Shown: positions 19,210 through 30,495, counted from the first letter of the stretch. The stretch is 64,000 nt of DNA from Bdellovibrionales bacterium (GCA_964230645.1 CAXRHT010000002.1:1856001-1920000); one strand, 5' to 3'. Numbers and translations: made by a program. The notes: generated by a model from the sequence alone, not told the origin.

Positions 19210-20622
19210 ATGACCCCACAAGAAGCCATTGATTTTGCCCATAAGTACGGAGCCAAAATGGTTGATCTCAAGTTCACCGATTTACTTGGAACTTGGCAAC
19301 ACCTCACCATCCCTATCGGCCAGTTGAAAACCAATGTTTTCGAAGAGGGACTCGGGTTTGACGGAAGCTCGATTCGTGGATGGAGAAATATTAATGAGTC
19401 CGACATGGTCATTATGCCTGATGCCGAATCCGTGAAAATGGACCCTTTTACAGAAATCCCTACTGTGAGCTTCGTTTGTGATATCGTTTTACCAGAGACT
19501 CATGAAGCCTACGACCGTGACCCAAGAGCGATTGCTAAAAAAGCATTAAACTATCTCGCCTCCACAGGAATTGCTGACCAAGCTTTTTTCGGACCTGAGG
19601 CCGAGTTTTTTATCTTCGACGACATTCGCTATCAACAAGACGCTAACCTTGGTTTTTACCAAGTGGATTCTGGCGAAGGTCAGTGGAACAGTGGACGCGA
19701 CGAAGGCTCAAACCTCGGTTATAAACCGCGCCACAAAGAGGGTTACTTTCCGGCGATGCCAACCGACACCCTTCACGATATTCGCTCAGAAATCTGTATG
19801 CGCTTAGAAGACGCTGGCATTCCTGTTGAAAGACATCACCACGAAGTGGCCTCAGCCGGACAAGGAGAGATCAACTATCAGTTCGGCGAAATCATTAAAT
19901 CAGCCGATGATCTGCAGTGGTTTAAATATATCGTTAAAAACACCGCTCGACGCCACGGCAAAACAGCCACCTTTATGCCAAAGCCTATTTTTGAGGACAA
20001 TGGTTCTGGAATGCACTGCCATATGTCTTTATGGAAAGACGGCAAGCCTCTTTTTGCGGGTGATGAGTACGCAGGCCTTTCTGAAATGGCTCTTCACTTT
20101 ATCGGTGGTATTTTGAAAAACGCTTCAAGCCTCTGCGCTTTCACTAACCCCACAACCAATTCGTACAAACGCTTGGTTCCAGGTTTTGAAGCTCCAGTGA
20201 AACTCGCTTACAGCTTTAAAAACCGCTCAGCCGCTATCCGAATTCCAAACAGTGGTGACAGTCCCAAAGCCAAACGAATCGAATTCCGCACACCTGATGC
20301 GACAGCCAACCCTTACTTAGCATTTGCTGCTCTGATTATGGCTGGTATTGATGGCATTCAAAACAAAATTCACCCTGGTGACCCACTTGATAAAAACATC
20401 TACGGCCTACCTCCTGAAGAAGCTGCTAAAGTTCCTTCTGTTCCAACAAGCTTGAATGAGTCTTTAATGGAACTTGATCAGAACCATGACTTCCTATTGA
20501 GAGGTGAGGTGTTCTCTGAGGACTTTATTACGAACTGGGTTTCTTATAAGAAGGATCGCGAGATCATTCCGATGCAACAGAGACCAGTGCCGTATGAGTT
20601 CTTTCTTTATTATGATATGTAG
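19210..20622 (+). CDS. glnA: Glutamine synthetase type I
   Basis: [51 protein letters not shown]. Confidence 0.98.
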   Translation: MTPQEAIDFAHKYGAKMVDLKFTDLLGTWQHLTIPIGQLKTNVFEEGLGFDGSSIRGWRNINESDMVIMPDAESVKMDPFTEIPTVSFVCDIVLPETHEAYDRDPRAIAKKALNYLASTGIADQAFFGPEAEFFIFDDIRYQQDANLGFYQVDSGEGQWNSGRDEGSNLGYKPRHKEGYFPAMPTDTLHDIRSEICMRLEDAGIPVERHHHEVASAGQGEINYQFGEIIKSADDLQWFKYIVKNTARRHGKTATFMPKPIFEDNGSGMHCHMSLWKDGKPLFAGDEYAGLSEMALHFIGGILKNASSLCAFTNPTTNSYKRLVPGFEAPVKLAYSFKNRSAAIRIPNSGDSPKAKRIEFRTPDATANPYLAFAALIMAGIDGIQNKIHPGDPLDKNIYGLPPEEAAKVPSVPTSLNESLMELDQNHDFLLRGEVFSEDFITNWVSYKKDREIIPMQQRPVPYEFFLYYDM

Positions 20623-20771
20623 CTCATGGAGTGCCCCGCAGGCACTTTAGTGCCGAGGAGTAGAGGCTCCATGAGCACTAGTCGAGCAAAGCGAGACGGG
20701 GCCCAGCCGGCCTGAGGCGCCCTCCGGCACACTTCATAGCAGAGAAAGGCGACAGTCGAGCAAAGCGAGAC
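20622..20771. repeat. Structured palindromic (REP/RPE-like) element after glnA
   Basis: GCTCATGGAG (20622-31) and CTCCATGAGC (20667-76) enclose GGCAC-TTTA-GTGCC. The 18-mer AGTCGAGCAAAGCGAGAC occurs at 20680-97 and again at 20754-71. Confidence 0.7.
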
Positions 20772-20785
20772 TGAAGCCAGAAAAG

Positions 20786-20816
20786 GAAAAAGCAGGCTCA
20801 AAAAGCCTGCTTTTTT
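20786..20816. terminator. Bidirectional intrinsic terminator
   Basis: AAAAAGCAGGCT-CAAAA-AGCCTGCTTTTTT between convergent genes. Confidence 0.85.
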
Positions 20817-20873
20817 AATCCCAGACCTCCCCCCCCTAAAAGCAAGGCCTGATAAATTCCATTCAGATTTATA

Positions 20874-21803
20874 TTACTGAGTACCAGCCGTACTCATATT
20901 CGCAGCTCCACTCTGTCCCGGAACCACATAAGTCAGCTGTACATCGAAATTCACCTCAGAGTGCTCACAGTCATACCCATCATTGTCTCCAATAGAAACC
21001 ATGGAAAAACTGTGATCTTGTGGAATTCCTTCAGACATAATCGCTTTGATAAAGTCAGGATCAAAATCAAACTCAATAAAACCCTGTTTGTCGTGGCCTG
21101 GGAAGTTACAGAAGTTAGGGCGAGAAGTACCATCAGGGCAGAAGATGGTTTCCTTGTTATTATCCCAATACATTCCTGCCATTTTACCCCAGTCATAAGA
21201 CAGTAGGTTGAAATTTCCGCGATCAAATTTAGAACTAAAATCGTAGGATGAAGCAATCACCTTCTTATTAAAAAGTAGAATAAAATGATCATCATAAAGG
21301 AAGTCTTGCTTCTCAAACTCGAACTTGGCGTCACAAATCACCGCTCCAGCAGGAAGACCTAAAGAACGATGCTGTTCAATCCTTGCTTGAAAATATTGGT
21401 TTCTTTCTTCCAAGTTTCCGTTCATTTCCCAATCGCAAGTTCTATTGGGTTTCGGAAAATTAAAGTCTTTAAGCACAGCCTGCTTTGCTTGGGTATCACA
21501 AAGGTCCTTAATAATAACCAAATCATCGTCTTCATCACCCATATCAAGCTCATTATTCACTTCATCCTCAACAAGGGTATCATCAGGGTCTCTACCGCCA
21601 TTATCACCAATGACATCCACATCGCTATCCCCATCGGGAATATCAAGTGTAGAATCGTTACCAGAATTATTACCATCAACCTGTTGATCACCAACTTGGC
21701 CTGATGGAGAAACATTTTGTGATTGGCTAAAACCAACCTCTTCCGAACAGTTTTGAAAGAATACCAACGGAATCAACAGTAAAAACGCAGCTAAATATCT
21801 CAT
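20874..21803 (-). CDS. Lipoprotein (FQNC lipobox) with acidic linker and Cys-containing beta domain
   Basis: N-terminus MRYLAAFLLLIPLVFFQNCS, a D-rich linker, and several Cys in the C-terminal domain. Confidence 0.8.
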   Translation of the reverse strand: MRYLAAFLLLIPLVFFQNCSEEVGFSQSQNVSPSGQVGDQQVDGNNSGNDSTLDIPDGDSDVDVIGDNGGRDPDDTLVEDEVNNELDMGDEDDDLVIIKDLCDTQAKQAVLKDFNFPKPNRTCDWEMNGNLEERNQYFQARIEQHRSLGLPAGAVICDAKFEFEKQDFLYDDHFILLFNKKVIASSYDFSSKFDRGNFNLLSYDWGKMAGMYWDNNKETIFCPDGTSRPNFCNFPGHDKQGFIEFDFDPDFIKAIMSEGIPQDHSFSMVSIGDNDGYDCEHSEVNFDVQLTYVVPGQSGAANMSTAGTQ

Positions 21804-21832
21804 AGGAAAACCCCCGTTATACAATTAATAGA

Positions 21833-21848
21833 AGCAAGGGCTGTGCCT
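21833..21848 (-). promoter_or_regulatory. Candidate sigma54 promoter
   Basis: Minus strand reads AGGCACAGCCCTTGCT (GG-N10-GC), 30 nt upstream of the ATG at 21803. Confidence 0.65.
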
Positions 21849-22000
21849 ACTTTTATTGACTCACTTTGGGATTTTTCAGTCAGATCGAAACTAAAGACCT
21901 ACCAAATTAAACAGATGTGTACGATTTTGAACAGCATAAAACTCTTTAACAAGCGTATAAAAAATCAACGTCGCTTTTTGAGATTTTCACAAAAGAATTA

Positions 22001-23509
22001 TCAAGCGTTTTTCTTTTCCTGCTCTTGTTTCTGCTGTTCTGAGAGAATATCAATAACCTTGAGCTCATTGCCGTCGTGATGCATGATTTTTGGTTTCTCA
22101 TCGATCACTGTGACTAAATTTACGGGCCTTCTCCATAGCTTAAAGATGTTTTTTAAGGTTTCCTGAGCGTAGTTGTACTGAACTTCAACCCCTTCAAACA
22201 GGTGGGTTAGGAGAAGCTCGCCACGGTTATTAAAGTTAGCATTTTCTACATGAATGATTGGCTGGCCGAAATTTGTTAACTGAAAGAGAAGCTGCTGCTT
22301 TACAGCTGGAAACTGGCGTGTATCCATCTCGTAACGGCCGGCTCTTTGATTGTATTTGTAAACAAACATTTTGTTACGAATACAGAAATCTTCTGTTAGG
22401 AACTCGTCGATAAATGTTACGTCGTTGTAGTCTCTGCGAACTTCAAAAATTTTCTCGCGCCCAAGGCCAGCGTGGGTATCCCAAGCTTTTTTCTGAGCAA
22501 TGTCGTCACACTCACTCCACTCTTTACCAAAGCGCCCTTTGTTCCAACGATCCTCAATGTCTCTAAAAAGCTCAATTCCAACTTTGTAGGGGTTAAAACC
22601 CGTTGGCGACATCGCAAGCGTTCCAGCACAGGCATCAGCATAATCGATAACTTCACCGTCATGCATAATGGATTCTGTCATGAGTTTTGAATGCCAGTAA
22701 GAAGCCCATCCTTCATTCATTATTTTAGTCATTCCTTGTGGAGCGAAGTAATAGGATTCATTTCGAATAATGGATAGCACATCTTGCTGCCAGTGTTTCA
22801 AGGGAGCGTGATACATAAGAAACAATAAAACATCGCGTTCTGGTTTCTCAGGCACTTTTGCCATCGGCTCTTCTTCTTTTTTCTTCTCAAACTGCCGGCG
22901 GTGCTCCGGGTTGACGTACTCGTCCATGTACTCTCGGTCGAACTTAAGAAGAGCTTTCCTTTGCTCGTCTTGTTTTTCGGTTTTTTTATCAATCGATTCA
23001 GGCTTGTAAGGTGCGTGGCGATCGATAAGGTTTTCAATACTCAAGCACACGTCAATAAAAGATTCGACCTCATCCACGCCGTATCGGTCCATATAGCGTC
23101 GGATTCGAGTGGCGTGGTTAGCCATGGTGTCCATCATTTTTCTGTCTGTTGGGCTAAACCATTTATTGTTTTTAAAGAAATCACAATGGCCATAAACATG
23201 GGCCATCACTAACTTTTGATCGACCGTACGATTACCCTCCATCAGGTAGGCATAGCAAGGATCGTTATTGATCACCATCTCGTAGATTTTTGAAAGACCG
23301 TATTCGTAACTTTTTGAAAGCTTGTCGTACTCCATACCAAACTTCCAGTGAGGATAGCGCACTGGAAAGCCTCCGTAGGCTGCAAACTGGTTCATTTGAT
23401 CATAGGTGACCATTTCAAAAATAGTCTCGTAACAATCAAGGCCCACTGCGCACGCCAGATCCCAGATTCGCTTTCTCTCTTCCTCGAGGTGTGTCGGTAG
23501 GCGACCCAT
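22001..23509 (-). CDS. spoVR: SpoVR family protein
   Basis: P.RYPHWKFG, YEMVINNDPCYAYL, AHVYGHCDFFKNN, TKIMNEGWASYWH. Confidence 0.95.
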   Translation of the reverse strand: MGRLPTHLEEERKRIWDLACAVGLDCYETIFEMVTYDQMNQFAAYGGFPVRYPHWKFGMEYDKLSKSYEYGLSKIYEMVINNDPCYAYLMEGNRTVDQKLVMAHVYGHCDFFKNNKWFSPTDRKMMDTMANHATRIRRYMDRYGVDEVESFIDVCLSIENLIDRHAPYKPESIDKKTEKQDEQRKALLKFDREYMDEYVNPEHRRQFEKKKEEEPMAKVPEKPERDVLLFLMYHAPLKHWQQDVLSIIRNESYYFAPQGMTKIMNEGWASYWHSKLMTESIMHDGEVIDYADACAGTLAMSPTGFNPYKVGIELFRDIEDRWNKGRFGKEWSECDDIAQKKAWDTHAGLGREKIFEVRRDYNDVTFIDEFLTEDFCIRNKMFVYKYNQRAGRYEMDTRQFPAVKQQLLFQLTNFGQPIIHVENANFNNRGELLLTHLFEGVEVQYNYAQETLKNIFKLWRRPVNLVTVIDEKPKIMHHDGNELKVIDILSEQQKQEQEKKNA

Positions 23510-24615
23510 TACTTTCCTTTCCCTAAAAAGTCTTTAATTGATCCCATGATGGCATCCTTATTTTTGATCTTACTGAGCACGATATTGTCTTGGCTTGGAA
23601 ACTCTTTTTCCAAGTCCTTAAAAAATTGCCCACTGCCGTATTTACTTTCCACCTGGCCGTAGCCAAAAAAGTTAACGTAGGGAAGAAGGTTGTCCTTTAG
23701 GATCTTCATGCAAAGTCTTGTGTCATCGCCTGACCAATTGTCCCCGTCACTGAAGTGAAATGGATAGATATTCCACTCATGGGGAGGATAGTCGCGATGG
23801 ATGATGTCGCGGCACAGTTTATAAGCCGAACTAATCAATGTTCCACCAGACTCACTGGTTCGAAAGAAGGTGTCTTCTTCTACTTCTCTAGCGGAAGCAT
23901 CATGAATAATAAATCGAGTCTCAAGGCCTTTATAATGTTTTTTAAGCCACGTATTGATCCAAAAACTTTCAAGTCTCACGATTTCTTTTTGTTCATTCCC
24001 CATAGATCCAGAAACATCCATGATATAGATCACTACAGCATTGGCCTGAGGTTTTTGAGTCAGTTTAGTGGACCGATAGCGATAGTCTCCACGGATAGGT
24101 ACGATCACAGGATTTTCTGGATCATACATTCCACTTGCAATCAGCCTTTTAAGAGCTCTCTTATAAGAGGACTTAAAATGCCTTAAGCCCTCAGGACCTA
24201 CGGGAGCAAGCCCTGAGTAACGGTTTTTATCACTAGCAATTTTTGAACCCTTGGGTTCAATGCGTGGAAGTTCAAGCTCGTCACCCAAGATTTCTGCCAG
24301 TTCATCAAAAGTGATGTCCACTTCAATTTCGTGCTCACCTTCTTCGTTACCGGCTTTACCTTTTCCTGGTTTTTTCTGGTCTCCCTGGCCTTTACCCACT
24401 TGATCGCCAGGTTTTCCTTCTCCCTGACCGACACCACCTTTTTGTTTGGGGCCGTATTTGAAGCGAGGAATATCAATATAAGGAACAGGGATTTTGACAT
24501 AGTCCTTCTCCCTTTTACCGATCATCTCACCGTGGGTGACATAGTCTTTAAAGTTCTCCTTAATTTTTCCGCGAACAATGTCGCGGAATCTATTTTGGTC
24601 CTCGCGTATCGACAT
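23509..24615 (-). CDS. yeaH: YeaH/YhbH (DUF444) family vWA protein
   Basis: [25 protein letters not shown]. Located between prkA and spoVR. Confidence 0.93.
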   Translation of the reverse strand: MSIREDQNRFRDIVRGKIKENFKDYVTHGEMIGKREKDYVKIPVPYIDIPRFKYGPKQKGGVGQGEGKPGDQVGKGQGDQKKPGKGKAGNEEGEHEIEVDITFDELAEILGDELELPRIEPKGSKIASDKNRYSGLAPVGPEGLRHFKSSYKRALKRLIASGMYDPENPVIVPIRGDYRYRSTKLTQKPQANAVVIYIMDVSGSMGNEQKEIVRLESFWINTWLKKHYKGLETRFIIHDASAREVEEDTFFRTSESGGTLISSAYKLCRDIIHRDYPPHEWNIYPFHFSDGDNWSGDDTRLCMKILKDNLLPYVNFFGYGQVESKYGSGQFFKDLEKEFPSQDNIVLSKIKNKDAIMGSIKDFLGKGK

Positions 24616-24620
24616 GGATT

Positions 24621-26699
24621 CTAGCTACTTTCCTTCACATCACCACGAGCAAAAATACTAGCTACGTACTGAAGAACATCGGTGGCCGAAATCTCGTCAT
24701 AACCAAAATCTTTGATTAAGCGGGCCTTAACAATATCAATCTTTTCCTGAGTGGCTTTGTCCGCCTCAGAAGAAACCAGAGTGGTTAATTTGATGCTGTC
24801 TTTTTGGTCTTCAAATAGCTTCAGCTCAAGGGCTTTGTGAAGTCTTTCGTTCATGCGGTAATCAAAAGCTTTTCCTTCAAGAGAAAGAGCACCAATATAG
24901 TTCATGATCTCCCGTCTAAAATCATCTTTTCGAGATTCAGGGATATCGATTTTGGCTTCGATTGAACGCATGAGCCTTTCGTTAGGTTCCTCGTCCTGAC
25001 CGGTAAATGGATTACGAACTTTTTCTTTTTGGGTGTAAGCTTTTACATTATCGATATAATTTGAGCAAAGTCTTGAAAGAGAACTCTCATCAGCACTAAT
25101 CGCTCTTTGAACTTCAGATTTAATAATTTCTTCATACTCTTTACGAACCACATCGATCAACTCTCTGTACTCTGATTTTAAATCATCGTTTGAAAGAAGG
25201 GAGTGGTGTTTTAATCCTGACTCTAACTCGTTAAGAACCATAAATGGGTTCACGGAACCTCGATTCTGTTGAGCCTGAATAAGGGCATTTGAAATCTTAT
25301 CCTGAATATAACGAGGAGAAACTCCGTCTAAGCCTTCTCTTTGAGTCTCTTTACGAAGCTCTTTAATATTGTCTTCCGTGTAGTTGGGAAGAGTCTTACC
25401 GTTATAGAGCTTCATTTTTTGAAGACGTGTGAGATTGGCTTTTTTCGGCTTCTCAAGTCTTGTAAGGATAGACCACATGGCGGCAACCTCTGTGGTGTGA
25501 GGAGCAATACTGACCCCACGGATTTTCTTTTTATTAAAATCCTTTTCGTAAATCTTAATTTCCTCATCTAGCTTAGTGATGTAAGGAATATCAATTTTCA
25601 CAGTACGGTCACGAAGCGCTTCCATAAATTCGTTATTTTGCAAACGACGATACTCAGGCTCATTGGTGTGCCCAATGATTACTTCATCAATATGTGTTTG
25701 CGCGAATTTTTTAGGTTTCACTAGATGCTCTTGTGAAGCTCCTAGTAAATCGTAGAGGAAAGCCACATCAAGTTTTAACACCTCAACGAACTCAATCACA
25801 CCTCTATTGGCTACGTTGAATTCACCATCAAAATTAAAAGCCCTAGGGTCAGACTCAGAGCCATACTCAGCAATCTTACGATAGTTGATATCACCAGTAA
25901 GCTCAGTGCTATCTTGGTTCTTTTCATCCTTAGGTTGGAAAGTACCAATTCCGATACGATCGGCTTCACTAAGAATTAGTCTTTTCACACGAACATGAGA
26001 GAAAACTTTATCGATATCGCCATTGTATTTTTCCATTAGAGTTTTAAAGATAAATCTTGAAGGAGGTGATAACTCCCCTTCAATTTTTACACGAAACTCA
26101 TCTTTTGAGCCCTTGTTGAAAGACTCTTCAAATTTAGGTCTTAATTCTTTAGGAATCAACAGAAGTGGTTCTTCGTGCATGGGGCTTGAAAACACTTTAA
26201 CGTCTTTGCCAAACAACCCATCTAAAACTCCATCAGTATCGGTCCACTCAAAAGTGTATAAGGCGCCTTCATTTGTTTTTGAGTAAGCTTCAATTCCTTT
26301 TTTCAGTCTACGACAGATCGTCGATTTCGCACTCCCCACTGGGCCGTGAAGGAGTATTACACGTTTTTCTGTACCGTATCCAAGGGCAGCGGAGCGCAGT
26401 ACGTTGACTAATTTCATCAGTGAAATGTCTAGACCAAACACTCCATCTTGGCCGGCATTTTCAGCGTCATCAAAAAACTTATAACGAACAATCTTCTTTT
26501 TACAGTCGATGTACTCCTCGGTTCCGTAACCGATAATCATATCGTACATTCGTTGGTAAGCATTTCGAGTGACTCTTGGGTTTTCTTTTATCAGGTTTAT
26601 ATAGTCATCAAAGGTTCCGACCCAATTTCTATCCTTGAAGGTCTTTTCGTCGCCCCAGTCGCTAACGATTTCTTTGAATGAAAGATTTTTGTTTTCCAT
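24621..26699 (-). CDS. prkA: PrkA/YeaG family AAA+ serine protein kinase
   Basis: [39 protein letters not shown]. Confidence 0.95.
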   Translation of the reverse strand: MENKNLSFKEIVSDWGDEKTFKDRNWVGTFDDYINLIKENPRVTRNAYQRMYDMIIGYGTEEYIDCKKKIVRYKFFDDAENAGQDGVFGLDISLMKLVNVLRSAALGYGTEKRVILLHGPVGSAKSTICRRLKKGIEAYSKTNEGALYTFEWTDTDGVLDGLFGKDVKVFSSPMHEEPLLLIPKELRPKFEESFNKGSKDEFRVKIEGELSPPSRFIFKTLMEKYNGDIDKVFSHVRVKRLILSEADRIGIGTFQPKDEKNQDSTELTGDINYRKIAEYGSESDPRAFNFDGEFNVANRGVIEFVEVLKLDVAFLYDLLGASQEHLVKPKKFAQTHIDEVIIGHTNEPEYRRLQNNEFMEALRDRTVKIDIPYITKLDEEIKIYEKDFNKKKIRGVSIAPHTTEVAAMWSILTRLEKPKKANLTRLQKMKLYNGKTLPNYTEDNIKELRKETQREGLDGVSPRYIQDKISNALIQAQQNRGSVNPFMVLNELESGLKHHSLLSNDDLKSEYRELIDVVRKEYEEIIKSEVQRAISADESSLSRLCSNYIDNVKAYTQKEKVRNPFTGQDEEPNERLMRSIEAKIDIPESRKDDFRREIMNYIGALSLEGKAFDYRMNERLHKALELKLFEDQKDSIKLTTLVSSEADKATQEKIDIVKARLIKDFGYDEISATDVLQYVASIFARGDVKESS

Positions 26700-26842
26700 G
26701 AGTTTTCTCCTCGGCTTTGCCCTATCTCTATTATGCCGAATTATCCGATGACAAACAAGGATTGCACCGTGATTTCCGAATCATTTAAGGAGCTTGCAAA
26801 CAGGCTCTTAAATAAAGACACCGCAATAAGGAAAAAAGAAAA

Positions 26843-27451
26843 TTAAATTTTTATCGTTTTAAACTGAGACGAACGTAAGGGAGTAAAAAGTTTATCCTCG
26901 ACCTGGACCTTGGACCGGGTGAGGCGTATCTGCAGGGCTTTCGAGCCTCTATCGATTTCAATAAGTCGCTTATTTCTATCTTCATACTCTACTGAAAATC
27001 TAGTTTTATAGGCTTTAGATATGCAGCTCATAACTTGCTCTTTTTTATTGCACTGCCATTCAGTTCCTGGCGATCTAGGAGTACCAAGGAGGCTATAAAA
27101 AATTTTTGGGTCCAACGAAAGTTTTGTTAAGAATTCAAAAAGTTTTCGACCATCGTCGGATTGAAAATGCTTTCCTTCTAAAAAAAGCCAGAGATCATTG
27201 CTCTCTTGTTTTTTTAAAAAGGTTGCCACCGGTTGGTCAAAAACAGCGCTCACATTTACCCTCATTCGGTTGTTGGGTGAGTCACTGGCCCAAGTCACAT
27301 AGGCCCACTTTTTAAAGTCGGTGGTTTTATTTGTCATAAGGACTTTACCCTGCCAAATCCCCACATCAGTGGCCGGACCTTTGAAATCTTTTTTGCCGGT
27401 TGTACAGCTCGCTACAAAAAATAAAAGTAAAAGAGAGTAGAATATTTTCAT
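26843..27451 (-). CDS. Lipoprotein, LolB-like
   Basis: Lipobox VASC, 202 aa, beta-rich (WQGKV...W). It lies downstream of a TPR lipoprotein, as lolB does in Proteobacteria. Confidence 0.55.
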   Translation of the reverse strand: MKIFYSLLLLFFVASCTTGKKDFKGPATDVGIWQGKVLMTNKTTDFKKWAYVTWASDSPNNRMRVNVSAVFDQPVATFLKKQESNDLWLFLEGKHFQSDDGRKLFEFLTKLSLDPKIFYSLLGTPRSPGTEWQCNKKEQVMSCISKAYKTRFSVEYEDRNKRLIEIDRGSKALQIRLTRSKVQVEDKLFTPLRSSQFKTIKI

Positions 27452-27495
27452 TCCCTGACCCTAACTCTAATTCTTAGCAATTCCAAGAGGTTTAC

Positions 27496-27511
27496 TGGCA
27501 CTCTGATTGCA
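27496..27511 (+). promoter_or_regulatory. Near-consensus sigma54 promoter
   Basis: TGGCACTCTGATTGCA, just upstream of the ATG at 27528. Confidence 0.7.
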
Positions 27512-27527
27512 CATCTTATTGGTTATA

Positions 27528-28424
27528 ATGATCCGCCTTCCGCTTCGTTTAATTTTAGTGCCCCTTATCGTCTGTCTCGGCAATCAAAGCTTTTCTCAAA
27601 GCTTCTGTGCTCATTTATTTTACGAACCACCATTATATAGACATCTAAAACTTCACGACTCCAACTTTTGGAGTCTCCATTCAACCGACCATGCTCAGGA
27701 AATTCTGTGGGACATTCAACGCCAAGGAGAGCCTTCACAAGCCTTAAACTTGGAGTTAATGCTAAGACACTCCCTTGAAAAGCTCAGCGACCTTAAACAA
27801 ATCCCCGCCCACTGGGAATTGATATCAACAGATAGCAATCTCAATAATGTTTTTCTCGGGTCTATTGATGGCATCCCCGTAGTCGTTAAGTTTTCCGAGC
27901 GCTCTCATCAATACGAGGCGTTGGTAAGTCAAATAGCGACACTTCTTTCCATCCCTGTTCCATTCACTGTTTCTATTGAGGTCGGTGATAAACTTGGTGT
28001 GGCCCAAATTTATATGACGGGCTGGCAGTCTCTTGCGGACTCCGGCCCAATGACCACTCACAGAAATCTTCTTTTAGAGTTTTTTGATCGGGTGGTGGCT
28101 AATGGCGATATTAACAGAGGCAACGTTTTAGTTCGTGAGAACCCTCTTGATCAAGTTGGAATTGACTACGAATTTGCGTTTGAAGCAAGAGATCCCTATC
28201 AAATAATAGGGATGGGGCCCAATGCTTGGCTATTGGAAAACATCGTTGAACTCTCAGAGCAGTTCCCTGAAGCCTTTAGTAAACTTAGAGATCCTCTTGT
28301 TCGTGATAGGATCTATAATTTGGTTTTAAATTCAAAAATTGATCAGTCCGAACTCTTTGCTGAACATGTTCGGTTACAACTGCGGACCGTAGAAAATGTG
28401 GCCCGCTTGCTTGTTAGAGATTAA
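27528..28424 (+). CDS. Secreted atypical kinase (HipA/PI3K-PI4K-like fold)
   Basis: Signal peptide followed by VVVKF, YEALVSQIATLLSIPVP, FFDRVVANGDINRGNVL and IDYEFAF. Confidence 0.7.
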   Translation: MIRLPLRLILVPLIVCLGNQSFSQSFCAHLFYEPPLYRHLKLHDSNFWSLHSTDHAQEILWDIQRQGEPSQALNLELMLRHSLEKLSDLKQIPAHWELISTDSNLNNVFLGSIDGIPVVVKFSERSHQYEALVSQIATLLSIPVPFTVSIEVGDKLGVAQIYMTGWQSLADSGPMTTHRNLLLEFFDRVVANGDINRGNVLVRENPLDQVGIDYEFAFEARDPYQIIGMGPNAWLLENIVELSEQFPEAFSKLRDPLVRDRIYNLVLNSKIDQSELFAEHVRLQLRTVENVARLLVRD

Positions 28425-30256
28425 TTTGAAGCTGGCGTTCGACCGCTTCCATTTGACTTTTCCGCCTGTAGCCGCACTTCAATGGACTCAATTTTGGATT
28501 GAATCTTTTTCTTCGTCTCATTGTTTTTCTCAAGAGAGGCGGCCTTTTTATACATTTCCTTAGCCTTGCGAGGCAGCTTTTGGCGAAAGTAAGCGTCACC
28601 CAAATGTTCGGCAATGATGGCCTCTTTGGATTCTTTTTGGAAAGCCTTCTCAAGAATGCGAATGGCTTCAGCCACGCGGTCTTGTTTAAATAGAACCCAA
28701 CCAAGAGTATCCATGATGTACCCATCACCTGGTTGAAGCTTTAAGGCTTTGCGCACCAACTCTTCGGCTGTTTTAAGGTTTTGAGTTCCATCCGCGTATA
28801 CATAGGCCAGGTAGTTAAGAGCTTGCACATGATTTTCATCAAGACCTAAAACCTTTTGCATATGTTCAACGGTTTTATCTTTTTTACCCAAACGATCGTA
28901 CACAGAGCCTAATTGGAAGTGAATTTGAATGTCTTCTGGGAATTTTTTAACCGCTGACTGTAAAACGTCTTCTGCTTCACTGACTTGATTATTCTCGTCC
29001 AGTAAAGAAGCATGCAAAATCCAGAATTTTGGCGAGTCCTTTTTATGTTTTAGCCCGGCCTTAACAGCGGCTATGGCCTCATCCATGTTCCCCATAAGCT
29101 TATGTAGGTAAGAGGTGTGCATGACACTGTCTTCGTAGTAACTACTTCCGAACTCGATTGATTCAAATTGCTGAATCGCCGCACGGTAGTTTTTGACCTC
29201 TTCGTAAAGAGCCCCTAGATAGAATCTCACCTTTTCAGACTCTGGGTATCTTTGTAAAATGCCTTCAAGTTTCTGTATGGCCGGATTGTATTTTTTCTGC
29301 TCGATCATGACTAGCGCAATTTTTAGGCTAATATTCAGGTTTTGATTATCGTACGACTCGACCACTTTGAGTTGCTCGATGGCCTCTGTGAGTTGGTCAT
29401 CATCTAAATAAATCTGAGCCAGTTTTTCTGCAATAACATGATCACTGCCGTTTTCACGTTGAAAATCATGATAAAGGTTTTTTAGTTTTTTACGTCGGTC
29501 TTGCTTTTCGTACACAGCACCAAGAGCTAAAACAACATCCACAGATTCTGGACGAAGCTTTAAGCTTGTCACAAAAGCCGATTCTGCATTTCGGTACTCA
29601 GGCTCAGGTTTTGAAGAGTAAACTCTTCCGAGATAGTACCAGGCTTGCGACTTATCTTTAATTTTGTCGTTCCGGACCATCTTGCGAAAATGATCGATGG
29701 ACTTTTTGAATTCCCCTTTTTCAGCATGAAGAGCTCCTATAAAAAGAGAGGTCTCCATATCATCTGGGTAAAAAGTCAGCGTTTTCTGATAAAGGTCCAA
29801 GGCTTGATCGTACATTTGCATGGCCGACATTAGGCCACCCAAGAGAAGTGCTGAATCTTTGTGCTTGGCATCGGTTTTCAAAGCTTCCTGACATTGGTTC
29901 ATGGCCTCGGTTATGAGCCCAAGTTTTACGTACTCAAGGGCGAGTCGGTAACGGATTTGAGGAGAGTTTTGATCATAAACTAAGGCCATCTTGTAATTTT
30001 CAACAGCTTTAGCGGAGTCATTTTTCAAACTATAGGATTCGGCCATAGTAAAGTGGTAGTCGGCCTTGGTATTCATATAGGTATCATCAACGGATTCCCC
30101 TTGCTGATCAGGGATACGCATATTGTCTGGAACCTCATTTTGAACATTGGCGGCTTGGCTAATAAAAGGGCTTTTACCGCCCCCCAAATGGGAACACCCA
30201 GACAGAAGTATAAGTGTACAGATTAACTGGGTTTTTTTGCCAAATATCATTTGCAC
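28421..30256 (-). CDS. TPR-repeat lipoprotein
   Basis: Lipobox LSGC, many TPR repeats, and the conserved ALNYLAY...DTLGWVLFK...EHLGD block. Confidence 0.92.
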   Translation of the reverse strand: MQMIFGKKTQLICTLILLSGCSHLGGGKSPFISQAANVQNEVPDNMRIPDQQGESVDDTYMNTKADYHFTMAESYSLKNDSAKAVENYKMALVYDQNSPQIRYRLALEYVKLGLITEAMNQCQEALKTDAKHKDSALLLGGLMSAMQMYDQALDLYQKTLTFYPDDMETSLFIGALHAEKGEFKKSIDHFRKMVRNDKIKDKSQAWYYLGRVYSSKPEPEYRNAESAFVTSLKLRPESVDVVLALGAVYEKQDRRKKLKNLYHDFQRENGSDHVIAEKLAQIYLDDDQLTEAIEQLKVVESYDNQNLNISLKIALVMIEQKKYNPAIQKLEGILQRYPESEKVRFYLGALYEEVKNYRAAIQQFESIEFGSSYYEDSVMHTSYLHKLMGNMDEAIAAVKAGLKHKKDSPKFWILHASLLDENNQVSEAEDVLQSAVKKFPEDIQIHFQLGSVYDRLGKKDKTVEHMQKVLGLDENHVQALNYLAYVYADGTQNLKTAEELVRKALKLQPGDGYIMDTLGWVLFKQDRVAEAIRILEKAFQKESKEAIIAEHLGDAYFRQKLPRKAKEMYKKAASLEKNNETKKKIQSKIESIEVRLQAEKSNGSGRTPASN

Positions 30257-30285
30257 TCCAAGAGTTGATCCTTTGTCTTAGGTTC

Positions 30286-30313
30286 CTATCGGTCGATAGG
30301 GGGGATCTCTTGA
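30286..30313 (-). promoter_or_regulatory. Candidate sigma28 promoter
   Basis: Minus strand reads (T)CAAG-N15-ACCGATAG upstream of the TPR gene. Confidence 0.4.
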
Positions 30314-30495
30314 AGGGCGCTCCAGTAAACTAGACCAGGGCTATAGGGCTAGGATTTGTTGCATTTCATTTTCAACTTGATGAAACATTCTTAAATTTAC
30401 TGTTAACTTAAAGTGTTGGAATTACATGGGTTTTGTATAATTTTTAAAACTCGCGTTATTTTCATTGATTATTAAATAATCAAAACACCCCTTCC

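Noticed and set aside
20680..20771. Two 18-nt direct repeats 56 nt apart as a mini-CRISPR
   Set aside because: Only two short repeats, an atypical spacer length and no cas genes in the window.
22001..26699. prkA-yeaH-spoVR as a novel or sporulation system
   Set aside because: This is a widespread, well-known conserved triad in non-sporulating bacteria.
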